NCBI GenBank assembly: GCA_965248355.1
Contig: OZ252098.1
Coordinates: 5,024,001-5,088,000, forward strand
Reading direction: 5' to 3'
Origin: Candidatus Latescibacterota bacterium
GTDB taxonomy: Bacteria > Latescibacterota > UBA2968 > UBA8231
Length of the DNA stretch: 64,000 bases
The first letter of the stretch is position 1. Each line of letters begins with the position of its first letter. Made by a program: the position numbers and the translations under genes. The notes below the pieces were generated by a model. The model ran no database searches, was not told the DNA's origin, and was given only the letters and a program-made list of their open reading frames with translations. Below, piece after piece: positions 55,506 to 64,000 of this stretch.

Positions 55506-55729
55506 TTTGCCAGCGCCCGCAGCACCTCACGGTCGTCGTGCATGATCTCTTCGGCCAGTGCGAACTGGCGAGCGAACTCCGGGTCGTAGGGGGTGATCCG
55601 GTATCCGCCGTCCGGCGCTTCGGTCAGATAGAGCGTGTCGCCCTTCCTGACCCTGAGCTGCGCCATCGCGGCCTTTGTGAGGATGATCCCGGACGACGCG
55701 CCAACTGTGGTCACTTTGAAGGAAAGCAC
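55502..55729 (-). CDS. AbrB/MazE-like antitoxin
   Basis: KVTTVGASSGIILTK....L.V.KGDTLYL..PYDPEF..LRALAK. ATGA overlap with doc. GTG start at 55729. Confidence 0.88.
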   Translation of the reverse strand: MLSFKVTTVGASSGIILTKAAMAQLRVRKGDTLYLTEAPDGGYRITPYDPEFARQFALAEEIMHDDREVLRALAK

Positions 55730-55740
55730 TCCTACACCTC

Positions 55741-55764
55741 CAATGTTACGGTCAATGTTACGGT
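55741..55764. promoter_or_regulatory. Perfect 12-bp tandem direct repeat upstream of the TA operon (putative operator)
   Basis: CAATGTTACGGT occurs twice. Confidence 0.6.
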
Positions 55765-55864
55765 GCTGCCATATAATAGAGGTTATATACCGCAAGCGCG
55801 CCAGCCTCCAAACGACAACGCTCACCGCCGCCGCATCGGTTCAGGCCGCCGCTCTCTTCCGGTC

Positions 55865-56812
55865 TCACTCGATGGCGAACTCGAAGGTCCGCGAGCTGTA
55901 CCCGGCGAAGATCCCGTACCCGTTCTCGACGTTGCCGTACACGTTCAGCGGCTCGGCGAATGGATTCTCCCGGGTCTCGTCGTGGAGCCGGGCCGTCTTG
56001 AGATACTCGTAGTAGGTCTCGCTGATGTACAGGACCTGGAGGTAGGCCGTGAAACCGGCATGTTCCAGGTCGTCTTGCCACTCCTCCTCCTCCTCCTCCC
56101 GAATGATCGTCCCCACTCGCTCTACCCAGTCTCCGGTGTAGGTCAGCTCGATCTCGTGGGTCCGGCCGTCGAAGAGGGTGTCCCTGAAGTACGGCGCCTC
56201 GCCTTCGAAGGTCCCCTCTTCGAATGGAGACTCGTCGACGCTGTTGTCCCCCATGATCGAGGGGTCCCTCGTCGACAGGACTCCTTCCACCCTCGTCGCG
56301 CCTCTCCCCGTGAAGACCTGGTACAGGCTGATCTGGTAGTAGTTCGCCTCGCCGGGAGGATCCTGGATTTCCAGCTCGATCGACAAATCGCCGCGGGTCC
56401 CGGGCCGAAGGGAGGTCGGCACGGGCGCCGGCACGGTGTCGGTGGCCCGGATCGTCTCGAAGCCGGGGGCCGATACCTGAAGGGAGTAGGTCTCTCCTGC
56501 TTGCAGGCTGCTGTCTTCGAACACGTATACCCGGGCCGCCTCGTTGAACCTCAGCTCGCCCACGACCCGTTCGCCCGCCAGCAGTTCCACGGCGGCATCC
56601 GCCACCGCCCAGTCACCGTAGGACTCGAGAATCCCGGAAGAGCGGCCCACGTCAGCGCTCCAGCCGCCGTCGGAGGTGAACAGGGAGTGCACCACCAGCC
56701 GCGGGGTGTGCTCGGGCAGGTCGGGCTCGATCACCTGCTCGCAGGCGGACAGGGCGATCAGGAGCGGCAGGAGGCGCAGGGCGCCTTTCTTCGCGGGGGC
56801 CGTGGAGTTCAA
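55865..56812 (-). CDS. DUF4249-like lipoprotein partner of the TonB receptor
   Basis: Lipobox LSAC, PRLVV, DPPGE.NYY and EP..VYGNVENGYGIFAG. Confidence 0.8.
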   Translation of the reverse strand: MNSTAPAKKGALRLLPLLIALSACEQVIEPDLPEHTPRLVVHSLFTSDGGWSADVGRSSGILESYGDWAVADAAVELLAGERVVGELRFNEAARVYVFEDSSLQAGETYSLQVSAPGFETIRATDTVPAPVPTSLRPGTRGDLSIELEIQDPPGEANYYQISLYQVFTGRGATRVEGVLSTRDPSIMGDNSVDESPFEEGTFEGEAPYFRDTLFDGRTHEIELTYTGDWVERVGTIIREEEEEEWQDDLEHAGFTAYLQVLYISETYYEYLKTARLHDETRENPFAEPLNVYGNVENGYGIFAGYSSRTFEFAIE

Positions 56813-59238
56813 AACTTGAACCGGTAGTTGATCCAGGGAAGAAGAGGGAAGAGGCTCACCTGCTTGGCGCGGAACCGTCGGGTGCCGGTGCTGTTGTTGT
56901 AGCGGTCCTCGAAGTAGATGAAGAACGGGTTCTTGCGGTTGTACGCGTTGTACACCCCGAGGCTGAACCCGTGCCGGCCGCCCTGTCCGTAGCCGCCGAG
57001 GTTGAGGCTGAGATCGAGGTGGTGGAAGGCGGACATGCGGTAGCCGTTGCGCTCTCCGTAGACCACGGTCTCACGGGGCAGGTAGGGTCGGGGCAACCGG
57101 ATGGAACCGGGACCGATAGCGTCGCTGTAGTAGCGGGCCAGGGGGAGAGTCACGGCATTGCCGGTCCCGTAGACCCAGGTGACGGAGAGGGAGAGGGACC
57201 TCGACATCTGGTGGGAGAGGACGAGGGCGGCGTCGTGGCGGCGGTCGTAGCGGTAGGGGAAGGACCGCCCTTCGTTCAGCCCCTCGAAGCGCCGCCGCGT
57301 CCAGGAGAGGGTGTAGCCGGCCCAGCCGGTGGTGCGGCCGCGCTTCTTCTGCAGGAACAGCTCGGCGCCGTACGACCAGCCCCGGCCCGTCTCGACCTTG
57401 TCCTGCCAGTCCTCGCTCTCGCCGAAGCCCACGAGGAAGCTCGCCCCCTCCCGGTACTCGATCAGCTCGTCCATGGTCTTGTAGTACCCCTCGACACTGA
57501 ACTCGTACTGCTCCTTCAGTTGGCGGGCCAGGCCGACGCCGACCTGCTCCGACCGCTGGGGGCGCACGCGCTCGGTGGCCGGCAGCCACAGGTCGGTGGG
57601 CAGACCGACGGTGCTGTTGGAGAGCAGGTGGATGTACTGGCGCATCCGGGCGTAGGAGGCCTTCACGGCCCAGTCCGAGGGCAGCAGGTAGCGCAGCGAG
57701 ACCCGCGGCTGCAGCGAGGTGTACATCTCGCCATCGACGAGGAAGCCGGAGGTGTGCAGCCCGAGGTTGGCCTTCAGGCGGTCGGTGAGGTGCACGTCGT
57801 CCTCGGCGTAGAGGCTGTACTCCATGGCGTCCGTGACCTTGGCGGTCAGGGTCGTGTCCTCGGGGGTGCCGTCGAGAGGATTGAACTTGATCTGCGCCGC
57901 CCCGGGCCGATAGGTGTGCAGGGTGCCGCTCCCCCCGACGCGGATGTAGTGGGCGGGGTCGGGGATGTAGTCCAGGTCGAGCTTCAGGCCCCAGTCGCGG
58001 ATGCCGGACAGGTAGCGCAGCCGCAGGGTCTCCGACTCCCGCAGTCCGCCGGTGATCACCGTGGAGCGGTCGTCGACGTTGGTCGTGAGCTGGTAGCGGC
58101 TGTAGATGGCGGTGAGGTTGCCGAAGAGGCGGTTGCCGAACAGGTAGTTCCAGCGCAGGGTGGAGGTGACGTTGCCCCATCCGAAGTTGGCGGCGGTGGC
58201 GTTCTCCTCGCGGTACCTGCCGCTGCCGTACTCGTCCTCGAACTCGCTCCAGAAGCGGTCGTCGCCGCCGTACCAGCTCAGGTAGACGCGGCTGCGGGGC
58301 GAGAAGATGTGGTTGACCTTGGCGTTGACGTCGTAGAAGTGGTAGCCCCCCTTCTCGTCGCGGGGGGCGAAGGGGCGGATCAGCAGGTCGAAGTAGGTGC
58401 GCCGCCCCGAGAGGATGAAGGAGGTGCGGTCCTTGCGCAGCGGCCCCTGCACGGTGAGCTGGGAGGCGATGAGCCCCACCGAGCCCTCGGCCTCGAACTC
58501 CTTCATGTTGCCGTCCTTCATGTCGATCTCCAGCACCGACGAGAGGCGGCCGCCGTAACGGGCCGGGAAGCCGGCCTTGGTGAGCTGCACGTTCTTGACG
58601 GCGTTGGCGTTGAAGACCGAGAAGAACCCGAAGAGGTGGGAGACGTTGTAGACCGGGGCGTCGTCGAGGAGGATCAGGTTCTGGTCGGGGCTGCCGCCGC
58701 GCACGTAGAGGCCGCTCATGCCCTCGGCCCCGGACTGCACGCCGGGCAGCAGCTGCAGGGTCTTGAGCACGTCCACCTCGCCCATGAGGACGGGAGCGCT
58801 CTTGATCTGCCGCACCGGCACCTGCACCACGCTCATGCGGCTCTCCTGCTGGATCGGATCGAGCCGCTCCGCCCTGACCTCGACGGTCTCCATCTCCAGG
58901 GGCTCCGGCTCGAGGGCGATGTTGAGCTGCAGGTCCTGCTCGAGCCGGGTGGCGAGGGTATCGCTCTGGTAGCCGATGTGGGAGACCACCACCCGCAGCG
59001 CGCCGGCGGGCAGGGTGAGGCTGAAGAACCCGTAGCGGTTGGTGGTGGTGCCCTGCCGCAGGTCCGGCTCGTGCAGGACGGCTCCGATCAGCTTCTCGCC
59101 GCTGGACGCGTCCTCCACGTAGCCGCTGAGGGTGTGCTTGTCGCCGTCCTGGGCCCGGGCGCCGCCGGCGAGCCCGAGCAGGAGCAGTCCCGCCGCGAGC
59201 GGACCCGTCCGTCCGCCATGCCGCCGGGCCGGCCTCAA
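56809..59238 (-). CDS. TonB-dependent receptor (CarboxypepD + plug + barrel)
   Basis: SGYVED..SGEKLIGA, LQLLPGV, VRGG.PDQN, FPARYGGRLSS and C-terminal F. TTGA overlap start at 59238. Confidence 0.92.
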   Translation of the reverse strand: MRPARRHGGRTGPLAAGLLLLGLAGGARAQDGDKHTLSGYVEDASSGEKLIGAVLHEPDLRQGTTTNRYGFFSLTLPAGALRVVVSHIGYQSDTLATRLEQDLQLNIALEPEPLEMETVEVRAERLDPIQQESRMSVVQVPVRQIKSAPVLMGEVDVLKTLQLLPGVQSGAEGMSGLYVRGGSPDQNLILLDDAPVYNVSHLFGFFSVFNANAVKNVQLTKAGFPARYGGRLSSVLEIDMKDGNMKEFEAEGSVGLIASQLTVQGPLRKDRTSFILSGRRTYFDLLIRPFAPRDEKGGYHFYDVNAKVNHIFSPRSRVYLSWYGGDDRFWSEFEDEYGSGRYREENATAANFGWGNVTSTLRWNYLFGNRLFGNLTAIYSRYQLTTNVDDRSTVITGGLRESETLRLRYLSGIRDWGLKLDLDYIPDPAHYIRVGGSGTLHTYRPGAAQIKFNPLDGTPEDTTLTAKVTDAMEYSLYAEDDVHLTDRLKANLGLHTSGFLVDGEMYTSLQPRVSLRYLLPSDWAVKASYARMRQYIHLLSNSTVGLPTDLWLPATERVRPQRSEQVGVGLARQLKEQYEFSVEGYYKTMDELIEYREGASFLVGFGESEDWQDKVETGRGWSYGAELFLQKKRGRTTGWAGYTLSWTRRRFEGLNEGRSFPYRYDRRHDAALVLSHQMSRSLSLSVTWVYGTGNAVTLPLARYYSDAIGPGSIRLPRPYLPRETVVYGERNGYRMSAFHHLDLSLNLGGYGQGGRHGFSLGVYNAYNRKNPFFIYFEDRYNNSTGTRRFRAKQVSLFPLLPWINYRFKF

Positions 59239-60704
59239 GCCACGGTCCACGAGTAGAGGTGGGCGTTCTCGAGAGTGAACCGCAGGCGCACCGGCCTGCC
59301 CTGCAGGCTCGCCGGAGAGGCGCCGCCGGGCCACTCCACCTTCAGGTCCACGCCGTCTGCGGAGACCGGCGCCGACCGCGGCACCTGGGGCACCGGGTTC
59401 CCCCCTTCGTCCAGGACCTCCACGGTGACCGCGCCCCACCGGGCCCTGGCGTTGACCCGCAGCTCGCCCCGGGGCAGGACCATCGGCCGGGTGAGCACGG
59501 TGCCGCCGTCGTACCCGGCCAGCAGGCTGCACCAGCCGTCGAGCCGGATCGTGGCCAGTCCGATCCTCGCGTAGTGGGGACCGCTGTCGCCGCGCGGGAT
59601 CTCCGGTCTCCATTCGGGGCAGCGGAGGTACTCGCGGTGGCGGAAGGAGCGCCCGCAGTAGTAGACCCACAGCTCGTCGCCCACCCGCAGGGGCGCCGTG
59701 GCCGTGCACTGGTTGAAGCGGTCCCAGTCCCCCACGTCGCCCCCGGGCAGCACGACGTGGTCCTCGCGGGTCCAGCGCACGCCGTCGCGCGAGTGGGCGA
59801 TCGCCATGTCGATATAGGCGAGGTGGGGCAGGGAGTGGTGCATCTGCGCCAGGGCGATCCACTGGCCGCCGGCGGGGAAGGCGGAACAGCCGTAGATCTC
59901 GGTGCCGGCGGGATCCTCTTCGGTGGCGTGCAGGACCTGGGGCCACTCGGTCGACCAGCTCTCGAAGTCGGCGCTCGTCCCCCGTCCGACGGCGCGGCCG
60001 GCATAGTTGGGACCCCCCCGGGCCACCAGCTCCGGCGGCGTGTGGCGGCTGCGGGCGTACTGCGTGAACCGCCCGCGGAAGGGGTCCCAGGTGAAGCAGC
60101 CGCGGTCCGGGTAGCTGGGCATGGCGGGCTTGAAGGCGCCCTGGAAGGTCCAGCGCCAGCCGTCGGGGGAGGTGCCGCGGACGAAGTGCTTGCCCTCCAG
60201 ACCCTCCAGGGGCTCGTCGATCTCCACCGCGCCGCGGGTGTCGGCGGAGACGATCAGCTTGTAGCGCTCCTCGGCGGGCGCCCCCGGGCGGGGATCCCGG
60301 ACGACGCCGGAGAAGTCGATGAGGCGCCACCCCGGCGGGGCGAAGACGACGTTGCCCGGCAGCCCGCGGCCGGCGGGCAGGACTCCCAGGTCCGGCTTCT
60401 CCCAGCTCAGGCCGTCGCGGCTGCGCGCGTAGGCGACCCAGCGGACCTTCTCGGAGCGGGCGTAGTACCACATGCGGAAGAGGGGGTCGCCGCCCCCGGG
60501 CTCCGGCTCCCGCAGCACCGTCCCCGACAGATAGATCTGTGCCTCGCCGCCGGACCGGGCGAAGAGGGGGTTGGCCTCATGCTTGCGCAGCCGGTGCCAC
60601 CGGCGGGTCACGTTGTTCCGCTCGGCGATGCCCTCGTCGTCGAGGAACAGCTGGGACTGGCCGCGCTCGACGGCGAGGGGCGTCCTCTCCACGGTTGTCG
60701 TCAT
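59235..60704 (-). CDS. Five-bladed beta-propeller glycosidase-like protein (GH32/GH43-like)
   Basis: QLFLDD, NP, RMWYY, repeated S.DG..W motifs, R.DGW.S and LRF.L....LYSW. ATG at 60704. Confidence 0.65.
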   Translation of the reverse strand: MTTTVERTPLAVERGQSQLFLDDEGIAERNNVTRRWHRLRKHEANPLFARSGGEAQIYLSGTVLREPEPGGGDPLFRMWYYARSEKVRWVAYARSRDGLSWEKPDLGVLPAGRGLPGNVVFAPPGWRLIDFSGVVRDPRPGAPAEERYKLIVSADTRGAVEIDEPLEGLEGKHFVRGTSPDGWRWTFQGAFKPAMPSYPDRGCFTWDPFRGRFTQYARSRHTPPELVARGGPNYAGRAVGRGTSADFESWSTEWPQVLHATEEDPAGTEIYGCSAFPAGGQWIALAQMHHSLPHLAYIDMAIAHSRDGVRWTREDHVVLPGGDVGDWDRFNQCTATAPLRVGDELWVYYCGRSFRHREYLRCPEWRPEIPRGDSGPHYARIGLATIRLDGWCSLLAGYDGGTVLTRPMVLPRGELRVNARARWGAVTVEVLDEGGNPVPQVPRSAPVSADGVDLKVEWPGGASPASLQGRPVRLRFTLENAHLYSWTVA

Positions 60705-61816
60705 CGGCAGGACTCGGGCAGGTGGGCCTCGAAGAAGCGCCGCCAGTTGCCGTACAGGACCGCGGCGATGTCGTCCTCCGCGTACCCGCGCCCCTCCAGG
60801 ACGGCGCCCACCTTCTGGTAGTCGGCCACCGTGTCGATCTCCCAGGGCGCGCCCTCGCGGCCTGCCTGGCCGTCGGTGTCGCCGCCGATGCCGGCGTGGC
60901 GGGCGTTGCCGGCCAGCTGGCAGATGTGGTCGATGTGGTCGGCCAGGTCCTGCAGGGTGACCTCGCGGCGCTCGAAGACCTGGCGGCGGGGCGGGATGTT
61001 CGCCCAGTCGACGCCGGGCTTGTAGAGCATCCAGGTGTCCATGGAGACGCCGATGACGCCGCCGCGGTCGATGATGGCCTGCAGCTGATCGTCGGGGAAC
61101 TGGCGCTCCCCCGGGACCAGGGCCCGGCAGTTCTGATGGGTGGCGACGATGGGGCCGGGGAAAAGTTCCAGGGCCTGGCGCACGGAGGCGTCGGAGGCGT
61201 GGGTCAGGTCGAGGACGAAGCCGAGCCGGTCCATGGCCTCCAGCAGCTCCCGCGCCGGGGGCAGCAGGCCCTTCTCCGTGCCCGTGCCGGTGCCGTGGCA
61301 ATAGGCGCTGGGGCCGTAGTGGGAGAGGCTGATCACCCGCAGGCCGTCGGCCCACCAGTCCTCGAGCTGGCCGGGCCAGAGCACGGGGTCGGCCCCCTCC
61401 AGGCCGAGGACGAGTCCCACGGGCAGGCCGCCGGCGGGAGCGGTCCGCCAGTCGGCGGTGTGGGCCCGCAGGTCGCCGGCGGTGCGCAGGATGCGGACCT
61501 CGCCCCGCTGTTCGAGTATGCGGTAGTAGGCCATGTGGGCCCGGGCCGCGGCGCAGGCGTTCTCGGCGCTGCGGTATCCCCAGATGATCTCCGAGCGCTG
61601 CACCCGGCCCACGGCCTTGACCAGGGCCGCGGCGATGCGTCCGCGGCGCATCTCGGGCAGGCTGGCCATGGTATCGGCGTCTGGCCAGCGGGAGTTGGCC
61701 CGCAGGCGGGGCTCGGCGGCGCGGACCTCCTCGATGGGGCGGGTCAGGTCGCGGTCGAGGTCGAGGGCCCCGTAGGCCATGGGGTAGTCGCCGTCGAAGA
61801 TGAGCCGTGGAGGCAT
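60701..61816 (-). CDS. Membrane dipeptidase (M19) paralogue C with an altered metal site
   Basis: LEGAD, DLTH, ATHQN, DHIDH and GGDTDG motifs. The N-terminal DGHxD reads DGDYP. Confidence 0.8.
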   Translation of the reverse strand: MPPRLIFDGDYPMAYGALDLDRDLTRPIEEVRAAEPRLRANSRWPDADTMASLPEMRRGRIAAALVKAVGRVQRSEIIWGYRSAENACAAARAHMAYYRILEQRGEVRILRTAGDLRAHTADWRTAPAGGLPVGLVLGLEGADPVLWPGQLEDWWADGLRVISLSHYGPSAYCHGTGTGTEKGLLPPARELLEAMDRLGFVLDLTHASDASVRQALELFPGPIVATHQNCRALVPGERQFPDDQLQAIIDRGGVIGVSMDTWMLYKPGVDWANIPPRRQVFERREVTLQDLADHIDHICQLAGNARHAGIGGDTDGQAGREGAPWEIDTVADYQKVGAVLEGRGYAEDDIAAVLYGNWRRFFEAHLPESCR

Positions 61817-61826
61817 GCGGTTCCCG

Positions 61827-63288
61827 TCAGATGTCGTCGAGGGGATAGACCTTGCGCCCCAGGTTGCGGTAGGTGAGCCCCTCGGGGCTGTGCACGCAGG
61901 GCTCGGAGACCACGTGGATCCGGCCGGCCCAGGGCTCGAAGCCGGCGCGGAAGTGGGCCGCCGACTTGACGCCCACGTAGCGCATGCGGCGCGGGTCCAG
62001 CCCCATGGTCAGGGAGAAGGCCACGCCGTAGGGCTGCTCCCGCCGGGTCACCAGCAGGACGTGGACGCCCTCCTGGCGGATGTGGGCCGAGGGGCCCATG
62101 GTGCCCGCCAGCCCCCGGTTGCGCGGCCCTTCGTAGCGGAAGCCCCCGTCGCCGAGGGAGACGACCTCGGCGTCCATGGTCACCGGCCGGCCCTGGCCGG
62201 GAGTCGACCAGGCGCCCCACCTCCAGGCGCAGGCGGGCCCCGGCGCCGGCCCGCTGGCAGAGGTCCACGGCCTCGGGGTCGACGATGTAGAGGATGCAGG
62301 CCGGGTCCAGCCTCCGCTCCAGGAAGGTCCGCAGCATGCCGGTGCTGTCCCCGGGGGCGCCGCCGCCGGTGTTGTCGTTGCGGTCCGCCAGGACCACGGG
62401 ATAACGCCCGGCCTCCTCGGCCTCCTTCAGCGCCTCGGCGGACGAGGGCATGGGGGTCTGCCAGTCGGCCCGGCGCTCCCAGAGCCAGGCGGCCAGCTCG
62501 TCGGCGCAGCCCTGGGCCAGGGCCGCGTCGCCGTCGGCCGCCACGTAGACCGAGGCGCCCATGTGGGGGATGTCGGCCAGGGGGAAGCAGGTGGCGATGG
62601 AGCCGCAGATCACGCCGGGGCGCGCCTCGATGCGGTGCAGATACTCGATGGCCTGGCGCATGGGCGGGTGGGCGGTGACCTGGTTCATCCCCCACATCAG
62701 GGGGATCCGGCTCAGGGCCATGACCGGCCGCAGGCCGTGCTCGAGGATTCGGTGCATGACCTGGGCGCACTCCCGGCCCCGCTCCTCCTGGTCGATCTCC
62801 GGGTAGGTCTCGTGGCCGATGAGCACGTCGCCGAACTCGATCATGGCCGGCGAGACGTTGGAGTGGATGTCGAACTGGGCGACGACCGGCGCCCCGCCCA
62901 CCACCTGGCGCACGGCGGCGAGGATATGCCCCTCGCCGTCGTCGATGCCCTCGGCCACCATGGCGCCGTGGAGGTCGAGGAGGACGCCGTCCACCGGCCC
63001 GGCCGCCTCCAGGCGTCCGAGCATGTCGCCGAGGATCTCGTCGAAGACGTCGCGGGGGACGGGCGCGCTGGGCATGGCCGCGGCGTAGATGGTGGGGATC
63101 AGCTCGCAGCCGTGCTCCCGGCACCCGGCCAGGAAGCCGCCGACGGCGGAGTTGGTGCCGTCGAAGCGCTCGAGCACCTCCGCCCCCCGCAGGTAGCCGA
63201 AGCGCTGCTTGCGGAAGCTGTCGCGGGTGGTCTCGACGGTGGTGAAGGTGCTCGACTCGTGAATGAAGGAGCCGGTGGCGATGCGCAT
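61827..63288 (-). CDS. M81/MlrC-like metallopeptidase with one frameshift at ~62215
   Basis: HESSTF, LDLHGAM, DGEG, DIHSN, TYPEID and DNTGGGAPGD motifs. The C-terminal VKSAAHFRA is in the shifted frame. Confidence 0.85.
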
Positions 63289-63299
63289 GAAGTCTCCTG

Positions 63300-63321
63300 C
63301 CGGGGCGATATCTCGCCCCGG
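63300..63321. other. 9-bp stem-loop between the CDF stop and the MlrC-like gene's RBS
   Basis: CCGGGGCGA-tatc-TCGCCCCGG. Confidence 0.5.
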
Positions 63322-63326
63322 GCAAG

Positions 63327-64000
63327 CTAGACCTCCGACCCCAGGAACTGCCGCACGTACTCGCCCCTCGGGGCCAGCTGGGTGGTGACCCCGATCACGT
63401 CGGGCACCTGCTCCATGATCCTATCGCGGATCTGGTTCACCACGGCGTACCCTTCCGCCACCGTGAGATCCGGGTCGGTCTCCGCCGTCAACTCCACATG
63501 GAGGACACCACCCATGGAGCGTATGCGGATGTCATGAGTGAAGGTCACCTCCTTCACCTTTTCCGCCATCTCCTCCACCAGGGCGATCGTCTCCAGTGAG
63601 GGCGCGAAGTCGATCAACTCCTTGACGGCGTTGCTGCCCACCTCCCAGGCGCCGTGCAGGATGAGGCTGGCGATGATGACCGTGGTGATCTGATCGACGA
63701 GCTCGAGGGCGGGGAAGAAGGTGGAGATCAAGAGGCTCACGAGGACCGCCAGGGAGCCGACGGAATCAGCCCGGTGGTGCCACGCCTTGGCCACCAGCAT
63801 GGGGCTGTTCAGCCGCACGCCCTTTCGCCGGGTCACGCGGAAGAGTGTTTCCTTGGCCGCCACGGAAACGATGATGGCCCCGGCGATCAGAAGGAAGAAG
63901 TGATCCGCGTCCTCGCCGTGGTCGCCGTGGTCGTCGTGGTCCGCCGCATCCGCCGACACCTCGTGACCGTGGTAGCCCATGGCATCCATGACCAGCTCCA
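63327..64000 (-). CDS. Cation diffusion facilitator (FieF-like) transporter, 5'-truncated by the window edge
   Basis: His/Asp-rich loop, KE.LFR, HHRADS and a C-terminal metal-binding domain (HDIRIR..G). Confidence 0.88.
   Translation of the reverse strand, partial: ELVMDAMGYHGHEVSADAADHDDHGDHGEDADHFFLLIAGAIIVSVAAKETLFRVTRRKGVRLNSPMLVAKAWHHRADSVGSLAVLVSLLISTFFPALELVDQITTVIIASLILHGAWEVGSNAVKELIDFAPSLETIALVEEMAEKVKEVTFTHDIRIRSMGGVLHVELTAETDPDLTVAEGYAVVNQIRDRIMEQVPDVIGVTTQLAPRGEYVRQFLGSEV

Noticed and set aside
56081..56101. GAG repeat encoding poly-Glu in the DUF4249-like lipoprotein
   Set aside because: Short, in frame and within an acidic loop, with no evidence of function.

Overview
This is a 64-kb, roughly 70% GC (estimated by eye) chromosomal segment of a diderm bacterium. 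T9SS/FlgD-type C-terminal sorting domains, CarboxypepD-type TonB receptors, a DUF4249-like lipoprotein, a PhyH dioxygenase and a giant Calx-beta adhesin suggest an FCB-group organism such as Ca. Latescibacterota or Gemmatimonadota, possibly host- or sponge-associated (inference only). Housekeeping genes are argD, argH, ligA, cyoE/ctaB, mobA, larB, parAB, ppdK and ilvBN. Accessory content includes an argDH-coupled operon of three enolase-superfamily paralogues plus an M20 amidohydrolase, where the middle paralogue has lost its catalytic lysines. A lower-GC variable region at about 9.6-20.2 kb holds a disrupted GIY-YIG gene, an MNT-HEPN pair and several gene remnants. There are three M19 dipeptidase paralogues (one lacks the HxD metal motif), a ~3,100-aa multi-Ig/Calx-beta autotransporter, and a long minus-strand catabolic/transport cluster interrupted by an AbrB-Doc toxin-antitoxin module. 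The best candidate for an undescribed system is the enolase/pseudo-enolase/M20 operon. Other notable signals are a codon-usage patch matching the PPDK central domain, with Ser replacing the regulatory Thr, and an apparent ATC start codon. Eight single-base frameshifts, mostly in short mononucleotide runs, probably reflect long-read errors. No rRNA, tRNA, CRISPR array or transposase was seen by eye.
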